Source: an uncultured Acetatifactor sp. (GTDB taxonomy: Bacteria; Bacillota; Clostridia; Lachnospirales; Lachnospiraceae). Taken from it: 64,000 bases of DNA. The notes under the pieces were generated by a model. That model made no database searches. It saw only the letters and a list, made by a program, of their open reading frames with translations, and had not been told where the DNA came from. The stretch is from the NCBI GenBank assembly GCA_910584435.1, contig CAJUAP010000017.1:222-64221 (forward strand), written 5' to 3'. Below are positions 9,710-20,826 of this stretch, one piece after another. Both the position numbers and the translations under genes were made by a program. Position 1 is the first letter of the stretch; every line of letters starts with the position of its first letter.

Positions 9710-11155
9710 TTATTTTAACTTTCCCCGGTTCCATACCTTTGAGGGTTGGGCTTTCGGGGTAGGACTTCGGAAGAGCAGATGGTGCAAGGCTGTTCCGTTG
9801 AAGGGAAACAAGGGCCAGAAGTAGCTGAATCCGCCAAAGGTGGGGGTGGTTGCCATGGATAAGGCCGCCAGTGCGAGGCCGACCAGGAATCCCGGCAGAC
9901 CAAAACATCCTGTTGCGATAATCAGAAGAATGCGGTATAGCCGGAGGGCATCACTAAATTCCGTATTTGTAATGGACAGAGAGGCAAGCAGTGTAATAGC
10001 AGCATAAAATAGTACTTCCACAGAGGCCCAATTCAGGCTGACAGCAATATCACCGATCAGTAAGCCGCCCACGATGGACAGGGAGCCTGAAAACTTACCA
10101 GAGCTTACAGAGGAAGAATATTTAAATAAATCCAACAGAAATTCTACGCCCAGCACATAGAAAAACAAGCGTGCAGGTGTCAGGAGATTGTCCGAGAGAA
10201 GTCCCCATTGCTGTGAAAATTCAGGGTAATAAGCGGTAGCCAGCAGAAACAATGGCATCAAAAGCAGACTGACAGGAATGCAGAGGAAACGGACCAGCCG
10301 CAGATAGGTGCCAATAGAAGGACTTTTATAATAGTCTTCGGGACTTTGGGTAAATTGAAATATGGTACAGGGAAGAATCAAAACCTGAGGTGAATTATCC
10401 ACCAGAATCAGGACATGTCCTTCCAATAAATAACTGCAGGCAACATCGGGCCGTTCAGTCATCTGCATACTGGGCAGAGGATTCCACCAGCGCTTGTGGA
10501 GAAGCAGTTCTTCCAGGCTTTTGGTGCCCATGGTTAAGGAAGTGGCATTTATGGAATCCAAGGCAGAAAACAGTTTTTCCAGCAATTCTTCATTGGCAGC
10601 CCCTTCCAGGTAGGCAACGGCTACGTCTGTTTTACTTGCTGTTCCCACAGAATGCATGGCAAAACAGAGATGAGGAGAGCGCACCCTTCGCCGTATCAGG
10701 TTGGCATTGAATAGCAATGTCTCTACAAAACCATCCCGGGAACCTTTGGTAACCCGCTCCAGGTCTGGTTCTGAAATGCTCCTTGCCGGATAGGTGCGTA
10801 CATCAATCAGGACTGCCTGTGCAAAGCCGTCAATTAACAGCAGGGAGGGGCCGCTGAGTACATTGCGGATAATATCATCCCAGGAATCGGAAAGAGAGGC
10901 CTGGGCGTAACCTATTTTGCCGTTCATGTATTGCCGGATATCTTCTATGCTTCCGTTTCTTACATACATGGGATTCTGCAGATCGGAGAAAATCTGCTGC
11001 AGAATTTCCGTTTTGCAGAAACCGTTGACACCCAGGAAATAAGCTTTTGTTTCACCCAGATACAGATGTCTCGTCATCAGGTCAAAGCTGGCATGGACGG
11101 GCAGCCGGGATTCTATATAGTTGATATTTTCTTCCAATACTGTAGATAAAGCCAT
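9710..11155 (-). CDS. GerA-family spore germination protein
   Basis: Motifs GSRDGFVETL, NLIRRR, TERPD and EDYY; hydrophobic C-terminal half. Confidence 0.9.
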   Translation of the reverse strand: MALSTVLEENINYIESRLPVHASFDLMTRHLYLGETKAYFLGVNGFCKTEILQQIFSDLQNPMYVRNGSIEDIRQYMNGKIGYAQASLSDSWDDIIRNVLSGPSLLLIDGFAQAVLIDVRTYPARSISEPDLERVTKGSRDGFVETLLFNANLIRRRVRSPHLCFAMHSVGTASKTDVAVAYLEGAANEELLEKLFSALDSINATSLTMGTKSLEELLLHKRWWNPLPSMQMTERPDVACSYLLEGHVLILVDNSPQVLILPCTIFQFTQSPEDYYKSPSIGTYLRLVRFLCIPVSLLLMPLFLLATAYYPEFSQQWGLLSDNLLTPARLFFYVLGVEFLLDLFKYSSSVSSGKFSGSLSIVGGLLIGDIAVSLNWASVEVLFYAAITLLASLSITNTEFSDALRLYRILLIIATGCFGLPGFLVGLALAALSMATTPTFGGFSYFWPLFPFNGTALHHLLFRSPTPKAQPSKVWNRGKLK

Positions 11156-11563
11156 AATTATTATGCAGCCTTTCTGTGGTTGGTGTATGTTCTGTTTCGC
11201 ATCAGCTATGTTATTCATATGATTGCAACCGCATTTTGGTATAGTATTTCCGAAGGTATTGTTTTTATGCAGGTTCTTTGACTATTATCAGATGGATAAA
11301 TTGAATGCCGCCGGCAGTGTTATTAGCAGAGCGCTGAAGCGCATGAGATTAAGGTATCATGCTGACACAGAAGTTCATTGTGCCGGCTTCTGATTGTATA
11401 TGCGCTGAAGCGCGTGAAATTAAAATTGTGCAGAAGATAAGTAATAAATAAGGAACGGTATAAATGAAGGTATAGGGGAGGATAAGTGAAAAAGAGAAAA
11501 TGGTGGAGTAATGATTGGAATTATGTAGGCGAAACAGGCGGGTATCCTATTTCGCGTTTTTTT

Positions 11564-12328
11564 TTATATAAAAAATTGTACTACACCAAGGCCGATAAGA
11601 AGTGCGCCTGAGAGTGGGTCGGCAGTACGCCCGGCCAGCTGAAGGATGGGATTTTGGCCAAGCCGGTTGCCGGAAAACAGAAAAAGTACGGAGCAGATCA
11701 GGGTGCTTACCGCAGTGGGAAGAAGAGTCAGTCCTGCAAGGCTGGCGCTTAATCCTGCGCTGAGATTGTTCAGGGACAACGTCAGGCTTAAGGCAAAGAC
11801 CTCTATCAGCTTTAATTGGGGAGAAGGCTTCCTGGGAGGTGCAGCTTCTCCTTCGGAAGAGATATTTTCTGCAGACGCGGATATATCTGCAGAGAGAGTT
11901 TCGGCCCGACAGTCAGTGCCCCTTGCAGAGGAAGCTCCGTTTGAAGAGGATTTATTTCTTGCGGAAGGAATTTCTTCTGCACCAGAGGCTTCTCTTGCAG
12001 AGGTGGATGTCATCTCCGGCAGCTGGTCTGCATCGAGCGGGGCTTTGGGGCGGCAGCACTGCGGTGACGTGATTACCCATTTGACAATATAGTAAAGTCC
12101 TAACAGGATTAATATCAGACTTCCCACACATCCCTGGACTGCTGTGGGAAGAAAGGGAATTAATTTATGCCCCAGACCTACGGACAGACAGGTTCCCAAA
12201 AGAGTAATCAGGCTTATGATTAAATTCTGCCAGAACCTGATGCGGATTTTGCGGATGCCATAACTGATACCTACTAAGAGAGCGTCAAGGCTGGCGGATA
12301 TTCCGAACAGGAGAGAAGAAATCAGCAT
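11564..12328 (-). CDS. YtaF/MntP-family membrane protein
   Basis: SLDALLVGISYG and SLNNL repeats, with a low-complexity central insertion. Confidence 0.8.
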   Translation of the reverse strand: MLISSLLFGISASLDALLVGISYGIRKIRIRFWQNLIISLITLLGTCLSVGLGHKLIPFLPTAVQGCVGSLILILLGLYYIVKWVITSPQCCRPKAPLDADQLPEMTSTSAREASGAEEIPSARNKSSSNGASSARGTDCRAETLSADISASAENISSEGEAAPPRKPSPQLKLIEVFALSLTLSLNNLSAGLSASLAGLTLLPTAVSTLICSVLFLFSGNRLGQNPILQLAGRTADPLSGALLIGLGVVQFFI

Positions 12329-12395
12329 AAGAATTCTCCTGTAATATTTTCTATTACTATATTCTCAGAAAGAAAAAAGGGTGATATAATAAAGC

Positions 12396-12500
12396 AAATT
12401 GGAACAGGGAAGCGGAACAAGAACCAGAATAAAATTGAACCGGGGAAGCGGAACAAGAACCGGAATAAAATTGAACCGGGGACGCGGAACAGAAACCGAA
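12396..12500. repeat. 36-bp tandem repeat, ~3 copies
   Basis: GAAGCGGAACAAGAACC(A/G)GAATAAAATTGAACCGGG units start at 12409, 12445 and 12481 (the last is degenerate). Confidence 0.85.
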
Positions 12501-12545
12501 GCAGAAATCGGACTAAAAATGAAATAGAAACAGGAGGTTATCCAT

Positions 12546-13352
12546 ATGAGATTTGTATATCCACAAGGAAAAAGGAAGGCATTGACGTTCAGTTATGACG
12601 ATGGGCAGAGTTACGACCGCCGTCTGGCCGAATTGCTGCGCAGCCATGGGATGAAGGGTACATTTCATCTGAATTCAGGGAGGCTGGGACTGCATCGAGG
12701 GGATGAAGTGTTTATCGGCAGAGAAGAAATAAAGGAGGTGTATGCCGGGCATGAGGTGGCATGCCATGGGGTGGAGCACAGAAATCTGCCGACGATCACC
12801 AGGCAGCAGACCATTCTGGAGATACAGGAGGACAGAAAGGCTTTGGAGGAGATTACCGGCGGTCTGGTGCAGGGGATGTCCTATGCTTTCGGCAATTATA
12901 ATCAGGAAATTATGGATATTGCCAGGGCGTTAGGGATAAAATACTCCCGTACAGTACAGGATACGAAGAATTTCTTCCCGCCATCGGATTTCATGGCATG
13001 GCATCCTACCTGTCATCACAACAATAGTTTATTGGAATTGGCGGACAGCTTTATCAATGTGGCAGGATTTTACGAGCTGCCGTTAATGTATGTGTGGGGA
13101 CATAGTTTTGAATTTGGACGCACAGGTGATTGGAGCGTCATAGAAGCATTTGCAGATAAAATGGCAGGACAGGAGAATATCTGGTATGCAACCAATATGG
13201 AAATTTATATGTATATACAGGCGGTCAGGCAGCAGGAATTCTCTGCGGACGGCTTAACAATGTACAACCCCACGGCAGCTGCTGTATGGGTGAGTACAAA
13301 GGAGGGTATCATAGAAGTAAAGCCATTGCAGTCCGTTAAGCTGGCAAAATAA
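12546..13352 (+). CDS. polysaccharide deacetylase (CE4/NodB-like)
   Basis: Motifs TFSYDDG, HEVACHG and WGHSFEF. Confidence 0.9.
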   Translation: MRFVYPQGKRKALTFSYDDGQSYDRRLAELLRSHGMKGTFHLNSGRLGLHRGDEVFIGREEIKEVYAGHEVACHGVEHRNLPTITRQQTILEIQEDRKALEEITGGLVQGMSYAFGNYNQEIMDIARALGIKYSRTVQDTKNFFPPSDFMAWHPTCHHNNSLLELADSFINVAGFYELPLMYVWGHSFEFGRTGDWSVIEAFADKMAGQENIWYATNMEIYMYIQAVRQQEFSADGLTMYNPTAAAVWVSTKEGIIEVKPLQSVKLAK

Positions 13353-13430
13353 TCAGGAGGCTGGTGAAAGTGTCACGAGCATAAGGAGGAATGCTGCCTG
13401 GCAGAAGGGAGAAAGGTACAGGGATTCTAT

Positions 13431-13991
13431 ATGACGGAAGAAATGACAATTATCGGCGAAGAAGCATACAGGGTTGCGAAGGAACTGCTGGAGACAGCAG
13501 GGTTAGAGCAGGGGGAGATATTGGTAGTCGGGTGTTCTACCAGCGAAGTTGCAGGTGCAGAAATTGGGACTTTTTCAAGCCCGGAGCTTGCGGAAGTGGT
13601 CTTTGGCGGTATCTATCAGGCAGCCCAGGAAGCAGGAGTCTATCTGGCCGCGCAATGTTGTGAGCATTTGAACCGCGTTTTGATTCTGGAAAAGGAGGCT
13701 GCCGTATGCTATGGATATGAAGCAGTAAATGTGATGCCTCAGCCCAAGGCGGGAGGATCCTTTGCTGCGGCGGCATATAAAGCTTTTGAGAATCCGGTGG
13801 CAGTGGAGCATATCAGGGCGCACGCCGGGATTGATATAGGGGATACTCTGATTGGAATGCATTTGAGGGATGTGGCGGTGCCGGTGAGAATCCGGACTGG
13901 TGAGATAGGAGATGCGCATGTGGTTTGTGCCCGCACCAGGCCGAAATTTGTCGGCGGCGTTCGGGCTGTCTATGATGAGAATATGCTGTGA
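13431..13991 (+). CDS. TIGR01440/UPF0340 (YwlG-like) protein
   Basis: Motifs VVGCSTSEV, QCCEHLNR, PKAGGS and DIGDTLIGMH. Confidence 0.9.
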   Translation: MTEEMTIIGEEAYRVAKELLETAGLEQGEILVVGCSTSEVAGAEIGTFSSPELAEVVFGGIYQAAQEAGVYLAAQCCEHLNRVLILEKEAAVCYGYEAVNVMPQPKAGGSFAAAAYKAFENPVAVEHIRAHAGIDIGDTLIGMHLRDVAVPVRIRTGEIGDAHVVCARTRPKFVGGVRAVYDENML

Positions 13992-14052
13992 AGTCTTCTC
14001 ATTCATTGTTTGTGCCGACTGCATCGGTATGACGGGAAGTGCGCAATGTCTT

Positions 14053-14086
14053 AAAAATGGCATCTGCTGAAGCGGATGCCATTTTT
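14053..14086. terminator. bidirectional intrinsic terminator
   Basis: AAAAATGGCATC...GATGCCATTTTT between convergent genes. Confidence 0.8.
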
Positions 14087-14173
14087 GGTTGGGAAGTGAA
14101 ACAAACTTTTCGCTTCTGCTGTCTGTGTACTAAGAAATGCTTTCGGATAGAATCACGGTTTCTTTGGACAGTT

Positions 14174-15253
14174 CTATGTGTCCTTGTCAGAACCTGCGGC
14201 GTCTTCGATCAAGCCCAGAATCGTTTTGATAGAATCCATCTGTCCACTGTTATTCATGGCATCCCGGAAGGTCTGTCTGGTAAAATACAGCTCGTGCACT
14301 TTATCTACTAACATATCTGTTGTCAGATCGTCTTCCTGAATCACGATAGAGAATCCCTGGGCTTCAAAAGATTTGGCATTCAGCAGCTGGTCGCCGCGGC
14401 TGCTGGAAGCAGGGAGCGGTATCAGGATATTTGGTTTCTTCAGCGCCAGAAGTTCACATATTGCATTGGCACCGGCACGGGAAATCACAATATCCGCCAT
14501 GGCAAATAAATCTTTCAATTCTGTCTTCACATATTCAAATTGTTTATATCCCGGTGTGTTCAGAAGCAGATTGTCTACTTTGTCCTTGCCGCACAGGTGG
14601 ACTACCTGAAAATCCGTCAGCAGTCTGGGCAGTGCATCCCGAACCGCTTTATTGACATTGGCAGCCCCCAGGCTTCCGCCGATTACCATGACTACAGGAA
14701 TATTGGCACTGAAGCCGCACATGTTGAGCCCGGCAAGTTTATTTCCCTGTGCCAGTTCTGCCCTGATGGGAGAGCCGGTCAGTACCGCTTTGTTCTCAGG
14801 AAGCTGTTTCAAGGTTTCCGGGAAATTGCAGCAGACCTTCTTGGCCGCAGGAATGCACATTCTGTTGGCCAGTCCGGGTGTCATGTCGGATTCATGAATA
14901 ATGCAGGGAATCCCCAGGGAGGCCGCCGCACGGACTACAGGAACGGAGACGAAACCGCCCTTGGAAAAAACCACATCCGGCCTATGGTTTTTCAGAAATT
15001 TCTTTGCCTCGGAAAAACCTTTTATAACGCGGAAAGGATCCGTAAAGTTTTTCAAATCCAGATATCGTCGAAATTTACCTGTGGAGATACCTATATAGGG
15101 TATGTCAAAATCGCTGATTAGTTTCTTCTCAATACCATCATAGGAACCCATATAAGTAATTTCATAGCCGGCGTCCTTTAGGGAAGGGAGCAGAGCAATA
15201 TTGGGGGTGACATGTCCTGCGGAGCCCCCGCCTGTCAAGATTATTTTTTTCAT
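14174..15253 (-). CDS. murG: undecaprenyldiphospho-muramoylpentapeptide beta-N-acetylglucosaminyltransferase
   Basis: Motifs TGGGSAGHV, KGGFVS, HESD, GGSLGA, SRAGA and DQLLNA. Confidence 0.95.
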   Translation of the reverse strand: MKKIILTGGGSAGHVTPNIALLPSLKDAGYEITYMGSYDGIEKKLISDFDIPYIGISTGKFRRYLDLKNFTDPFRVIKGFSEAKKFLKNHRPDVVFSKGGFVSVPVVRAAASLGIPCIIHESDMTPGLANRMCIPAAKKVCCNFPETLKQLPENKAVLTGSPIRAELAQGNKLAGLNMCGFSANIPVVMVIGGSLGAANVNKAVRDALPRLLTDFQVVHLCGKDKVDNLLLNTPGYKQFEYVKTELKDLFAMADIVISRAGANAICELLALKKPNILIPLPASSSRGDQLLNAKSFEAQGFSIVIQEDDLTTDMLVDKVHELYFTRQTFRDAMNNSGQMDSIKTILGLIEDAAGSDKDT

Positions 15254-15270
15254 AACAATGCCTTTCAAAA

Positions 15271-15516
15271 TTATAGCATTTGTTCAAGCGCTTGTGCCAG
15301 CTGATCAGGGCAGGAGGTTGGTTTTGAGCCGCAGCGGATGCCTTTGAGCTTGGATATAGCCTCTTGTGCTGTCATTCCTTTGACCAGGGCGCTGACACCC
15401 TGCAGATTGCCGTGGCATCCGCCGGTAAACTGTACGGAGTCAATGACGCCATCCTTTAATGTAATATCAATTTCCCTGGAACAGGTGCCGTGAGTCTTAT
15501 ATTTCAGCGTATCCAT
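15271..15516 (-). CDS. TIGR03905 family TSCPD-domain protein
   Basis: Motifs GTCS, FTGGCHGNLQG and CGSKPTSCPDQLA. Confidence 0.9.
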   Translation of the reverse strand: MDTLKYKTHGTCSREIDITLKDGVIDSVQFTGGCHGNLQGVSALVKGMTAQEAISKLKGIRCGSKPTSCPDQLAQALEQML

Positions 15517-16218
15517 AGATGTTCTCTCCTTTATTATCAAAATATGTTATGATATATTCTATCAGATTTTGTTCCATTCTGCAATCATAGATTATCAGGC
15601 TTTAGCGTTGAAAATTAGATAGTTCTTCAATTTATAACTAATTTCGACCAATCATGTTATGCTTAAACAATTTGCCGTTGTTATTTTGTGAATGATGATA
15701 TTGTTTTTTTGTAAGAACTAAATAGTAATAGTACTGTGGTTAAGGGGAGTTCAAGTATAAGTGAAAAAGCTTCAGGTGCTGCTATTCTGCAGACAGCATA
15801 TGAAGTTTTTTAAATTATTGATATCGGAGGCCGAATTTTTAAGCAATATATGTGAGCTATACTATAAGCCTGTATGTCTCTTGACGGACATATTTTTATC
15901 ATTGAGACTATTAACTATTCTGTCGCTTCAGATTAGTAGATTTTGGCGGTCTTGAGTATAAATAGTTAATATGATTGATCCTTTTACTTAATACCTGGGA
16001 GAGAATCATTCCAAAGAGTGACATGAAAATCGCTTATAATGCCGGGAATGCTGATAATATGTCAGAAAAGGTAAAAATAATACGATGAAAATTTCTGTAA
16101 AACCGTGGTGATTTCAGTTATACTAGGTCTAAAGAACAAGTTCGCCTGGCATTCTTCCCATGCATTGTCTGCGTCGGCATGGCGGGAAGTGCTGGAACTT
16201 TGTGAGAGGAGGCATAGT

Positions 16219-17118
16219 ATGTTTCGTGTGTTTCAGGAAGAAAAGCTGATTACAATTGGTATGTTTTTATGTCTTGGATTAAGTATTGTGTTAAGGATGT
16301 TTTTGGGATTGCTCTATCGGAATATGATTAAGGAAGCGGATAATATGGCGTCGACAGAGAACCGGCTGCTGAAGCAATGCAAGACCAAATTTGCAAGCTG
16401 TTATCAGATGAGCAATGGTGTGGCCAATATTCCGGTATTTGTGGACAAGTTTCTGAATCGTATGTCTCTCGGACATTTATCCTTTGAGACCATATATCAT
16501 CTTTCGGGGCAGCTCATGCTGCTGTCGGTGGTGTTCTCCGGGGTGGGGGTGTGTAAAAGTATCCTGGGAGGACGAACGGTGGGGGATGTACTGCCCTTTT
16601 ACATTGTCAGCTTTTTCGGCTTGTACATATATTTCAGCGTATCTACCGTAGTGGATATCAGGGGAAAGAAGCGGGTGCTAAAGGTTAATTTGGTGGATTA
16701 TCTGGAAAATCATTTATCGCCCAGGATAGATATCACAAGGCAGGATATGGAGATGCTGTATGGAGAGGCCGCTTATGAAGAGAAGAGAAATAACTTCGGC
16801 CGTTTACAGGGAGGGCAGAAAGCAAAAGGAAGAAGCCGTAAGGGGAATAAGGGGGTTCAGGCCAGGCCGGTCAAACGGACAGTGGAGCTTATGCCCATTG
16901 GAAATAGAATAGCTGCCGGAAGCGAAGAATTTGTGAGCGAAGAACCGGCAGTGGAAGAAGCAATCGGCACAGAACCAGAGCATCCGGGGTACAGCCAGCA
17001 GCATTCGGAGTATATCCAGCCGGAGCCGCAGCACAATGCAGAGGTCAAGCCGGAAGATACGTCAGAGGTAACGGAGGAAGAACTGGAAGCATTGCTGAAG
17101 GAATTTTTGACTTCATAG
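16219..17118 (+). CDS. hypothetical membrane protein with acidic C-terminal tail
   Basis: GGAGG RBS, three hydrophobic segments, C-terminus LLKEFLTS. Confidence 0.75.
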   Translation: MFRVFQEEKLITIGMFLCLGLSIVLRMFLGLLYRNMIKEADNMASTENRLLKQCKTKFASCYQMSNGVANIPVFVDKFLNRMSLGHLSFETIYHLSGQLMLLSVVFSGVGVCKSILGGRTVGDVLPFYIVSFFGLYIYFSVSTVVDIRGKKRVLKVNLVDYLENHLSPRIDITRQDMEMLYGEAAYEEKRNNFGRLQGGQKAKGRSRKGNKGVQARPVKRTVELMPIGNRIAAGSEEFVSEEPAVEEAIGTEPEHPGYSQQHSEYIQPEPQHNAEVKPEDTSEVTEEELEALLKEFLTS

Positions 17119-17272
17119 AATGGAGTTGTACGATATTAAAATTGCCAGGTACTGCATGCAGATTTTTACGGAAATGAATCTGCATGCAGCTGCTTTTACA
17201 GGGAGTTGTTATGGAAGGTGCAGGAAAAAGGATTTTTATTCGGAAATTTTCCGGACAGGAGGTGGAATATTT

Positions 17273-18964
17273 TCAGTATTTGCTTCCCCACACAGCAATA
17301 TTGTTTCCGATGGCGGTAAAAGTCATAACGACTTTGCGCTTGGTTTCATCCTCGAACATCTGCTCACTGGGCATTTTCAGAAAGACGCCGTCATAGGTAA
17401 TGCCGCCTATTGTAATGGACATATGTGCAGTGCCTTCCTCATAGCTCCAGGTTCCCGGCATTGCGCCTGTCACAGTGCCGTCTTTCTGTAAAGTAATCCG
17501 AACAGCCTGTTCAATGCCGATATAGTCTTTGCCGGATTTGCGGTAATAGGAAGCAGGAGTATGGACAATGTATTCATATTCTCCGCACATTTCCTCCATA
17601 GTATATCCTGCCGTGCTGATGGTTTCTCCCGTATACTCATAGGGGGCAGCTGCAAGCCAGCCGTTTTTGTTCATAAACAGCTGCTGCACCCTGACCTCGT
17701 GGGCTTCGGCAATGCCGTATTTCCCACCGGCAAAACGGCTGTGGTAAATCAGGAAGATCTGTCCGGTTTCTGTGACATAGGCCGAATTATGCCCCTGGGA
17801 TACACGGATTTCGCGGCTGCCGGTCCAATCACAGCTTCCCATAAGCCGTACACCAATATTGGTATATAAGTTATTGGCGGCTTTCTGATACACTGCGGGA
17901 TTGCCGGCCTCATCCACATAAGGGCCATTGATATCTTCTGAGCGGAATACGCGGATCTGGTATCCGCCTGTGGCGGTCAGGCCACCGTAAGACAGAAAGA
18001 GATAATAATAGCCGCCGCTGTGAATCAGGAAGGAGCCTTCTCCGGAAACGCCAAAGCCGCCTGCAATTTTATGACCGTAATAGGCATCAGACTCATTGGG
18101 GATTGTCTCATATGTGGTTTGATAGTCACGCAGACCTGTTTCTTCATTTAATTTTATCTGATAAATGCCGCCGAACCATGAGCCAAAAGACATCCACAGA
18201 TTTCCTTCCTCATCATAAGTCAGGCAGGGGTCAATGGCATTGAGCTTCGTATCCGCAGTGCTTTGATACCGGGTCAAGTCAGCACTTTCCCCGAGTACCC
18301 GGTATACATCCGTCAGTTCTGCGGAGTGCTTTTTCCCTGCATCAAAGCCGGAGTAAACTACCGGGCCGCCATATTCATAAGGACCTTCTATGTTGTCTGC
18401 GGTCAGCATGACAATAACGGAATTCCAGTCATCTCCGTTGACGCTCATATACATACAATACTTGCCCATTTTTTTATTATAAATAACATCCGGAGCCCAC
18501 AGATTTCCTTTCAGTTCCGGATTGGAAGCCGTTTTGCACCAGCTTTCCCATTCCTTTCCGAAAAGCGTCTGATACTCCGTATTGATATTCATGGTAAAAC
18601 TTTCCCAGTTCTGCAGGTCCGTACTTTTGGCCCATGCCATGTGTGAACCGAAGATATAGTAGGTTCTATTATCGTAAATGACAGAGGGATCATGAACTGT
18701 GACACGGCGCATGGGAACATCTGCAAATGCTGTTTCGTCTTCCGTTATTGCAGCGGCATTATCTCTGTCTGCCGCATTGTCTGTATCTGTCAGTCTGTCA
18801 GTACTTGCCTTGTTGTCAGTATCTGTCATATTGTCGGAATTTGCCATATTGCCTGTACCTGCCATGCCGCTCTCCTGTGTCTGCTGAATATCCGGTTTGC
18901 TGCAGCCGGTTGCCCAAACAACGGCCATGGCTGCACAAATGAAAATTTTATGATATTTTTTCAT
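17273..18964 (-). CDS. GH43 glycoside hydrolase (endo-arabinanase-like) lipoprotein
   Basis: Lipobox ATGC. Motifs VHDPS, WAPD, NAIDP, GSWFGGI, EG and GHNS. Confidence 0.9.
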   Translation of the reverse strand: MKKYHKIFICAAMAVVWATGCSKPDIQQTQESGMAGTGNMANSDNMTDTDNKASTDRLTDTDNAADRDNAAAITEDETAFADVPMRRVTVHDPSVIYDNRTYYIFGSHMAWAKSTDLQNWESFTMNINTEYQTLFGKEWESWCKTASNPELKGNLWAPDVIYNKKMGKYCMYMSVNGDDWNSVIVMLTADNIEGPYEYGGPVVYSGFDAGKKHSAELTDVYRVLGESADLTRYQSTADTKLNAIDPCLTYDEEGNLWMSFGSWFGGIYQIKLNEETGLRDYQTTYETIPNESDAYYGHKIAGGFGVSGEGSFLIHSGGYYYLFLSYGGLTATGGYQIRVFRSEDINGPYVDEAGNPAVYQKAANNLYTNIGVRLMGSCDWTGSREIRVSQGHNSAYVTETGQIFLIYHSRFAGGKYGIAEAHEVRVQQLFMNKNGWLAAAPYEYTGETISTAGYTMEEMCGEYEYIVHTPASYYRKSGKDYIGIEQAVRITLQKDGTVTGAMPGTWSYEEGTAHMSITIGGITYDGVFLKMPSEQMFEDETKRKVVMTFTAIGNNIAVWGSKY

Positions 18965-19382
18965 ATATTCCTCCATATATTCCTATACGTTTTTAGTATA
19001 AAACCCGGGATCTGTATCTGTCAAGGACTCCGTAATATACGCAGCCGTAATTATTTGATGTCTTGTCTCAACTGTGGTTATTTATACGGTATATTGGTTA
19101 AATTTACAGTACACCCCGGCTGAAGACCGTCAGCCAGGTACTTTTCTGATGGTATCACTGTAAATCCCGATGATCTGCAGTATGGAAGGAAGAAATCCGA
19201 AAATGAAATTTGGGGAGTTATACGAAAAAATTTAAAAATTTTGGAAAGACAGAAAGGATTATGCCAAAAGGGTATGAAAAGACAAGCAATGCGTCAGAAG
19301 ATTCCGGCATGACGTAAGATGGAACCTTCTGACGATAACAGAAATAAAAGGCAGATAGAAACGGCAGATAGAAACGTTTCAT

Positions 19383-20360
19383 TTATTCGACAGTGAGAGT
19401 AAAACGGTAAGAAGTATCGCTGGTATGAAAAGTCTCCCTGTTTCGTAATTCGTAAGGCTGTTCTGATACAAAGGCTGTAACCTCATAGAAGCCGGGCTCT
19501 GATGGAGCGGTAAATTCAAGTGTTCCGTAACTCATAAGACCCGGTATGTTTTTGACGTATTCAAAGGGGCTGCCATTAACCTGCTGTTGTTTCCAGTCAA
19601 GGAGAAGAAGGATTAAAATGTCATCGGCTTTCTCATAATTGCCCGCACGATATGCCAGAGATACGGTTTCGTTTGGCTGAACGGTTATATTTGACGGCGG
19701 AAGATATACAACGGAATTTCCTTCCGTTTCGTAATCCTGGTTCAGCATGATTCCCTGGTACTCTAATTCCAGATAAACGTCGGGTTCCCTGCATACCTGT
19801 GTGGGATTGATCCGGCGTTCTCCTTCTGCCGGAGCCAATTCATAATTCATGACAATGCCATAGGAATTGCTTATGAAATCCAGATCTTTCGCATGGGTGT
19901 CAGGTGCAGTCAGTACTGCTGCTGTCAGGATGTGGGATTCGTCCATGGAAGCGTCCGTATCCAAATTGACTACTAGGTCAAGCTCTTCTCCTGCAGCGGC
20001 AGAGAAAACATATCCGTTATGCTTTTGCTCATTGAGATAAAAGTCTGTTTCCTGATAGTCGAGGAAAAGTTTCAGAATGTATTCATGCTCTTTTTGTGTC
20101 AGATTTGCAAACTGTACATGCAGATTGTCCGCGACAGTGTCCATGTGAATCAAACCGCTTATGGTGGGTTCGCTGTCATTTACTACACCCAGGACAATCA
20201 CGTTGCCAAAGTCCTGATAAGTTTCAGCCAGGCCGGGAGAATTCTGTGATGCTGTTCTGCCGCAGGAAACAAGGAAAAATACGACTGTCATTAGACAGAT
20301 ACATAATGTGTTTTTCTTCAGGATGCAGGATATGATTACTCTTCCGAACTTGTTATTCAT
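19383..20360 (-). CDS. hypothetical lipoprotein
   Basis: Lipobox LVSC; overlaps the stop of the upstream gene. Confidence 0.7.
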   Translation of the reverse strand: MNNKFGRVIISCILKKNTLCICLMTVVFFLVSCGRTASQNSPGLAETYQDFGNVIVLGVVNDSEPTISGLIHMDTVADNLHVQFANLTQKEHEYILKLFLDYQETDFYLNEQKHNGYVFSAAAGEELDLVVNLDTDASMDESHILTAAVLTAPDTHAKDLDFISNSYGIVMNYELAPAEGERRINPTQVCREPDVYLELEYQGIMLNQDYETEGNSVVYLPPSNITVQPNETVSLAYRAGNYEKADDILILLLLDWKQQQVNGSPFEYVKNIPGLMSYGTLEFTAPSEPGFYEVTAFVSEQPYELRNRETFHTSDTSYRFTLTVE

Positions 20361-20826
20361 AAGTATAGCTGCCCTCTGAAGATGCTACGCCTGCGTCTTT
20401 TGTCACCTGTATGGTATAGTAACCTGTGAAGGTACATTTTTCCGTTGCTGCTTTGATGGTGCCGGAATTGCAGGCAGTGGTATTATTTTGTTCTCGCCAG
20501 CCTGTGGTACTTGTAGAAGAACCATAATTATTTACATCGCATTTTGCCCGTACACTGTATGAGGTCTGATATGCTTCGGTGTATGCATATGCCTGAGGCT
20601 TGCCGAATAAGGGATTGGAATGATAGAGAGTGCCCATTCCAATCTCTGTCATATCATCACTTCGGGCAGGATTGGTGACGGCAGTGGACAGATGCTGCCT
20701 GAACATGCGCCCGGTTTCTATATCGTAGGGCATTTCATAGGGATTTTGGTCTGCTGCAGCACCTGCTGATAAGGATAGACCAAAACACATTGTGCCAATT
20801 GCCATTGCTGCTGTTAATGTGTTCAT
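20353..20826 (-). CDS. secreted hypothetical protein
   Basis: Signal peptide ending AGA-A; RBS AAAGGGG; TTGACT-N17-TATAAT promoter upstream. Confidence 0.7.
   Translation of the reverse strand: MNTLTAAMAIGTMCFGLSLSAGAAADQNPYEMPYDIETGRMFRQHLSTAVTNPARSDDMTEIGMGTLYHSNPLFGKPQAYAYTEAYQTSYSVRAKCDVNNYGSSTSTTGWREQNNTTACNSGTIKAATEKCTFTGYYTIQVTKDAGVASSEGSYTYE

Noticed and set aside
9522..9824. 100-aa ORF
   Set aside because: It is a translation across tRNA-Gly and antisense to gerA.
12396..12500. 36-bp repeats as a CRISPR array
   Set aside because: Units are contiguous with no unique spacers, and there are no cas genes.
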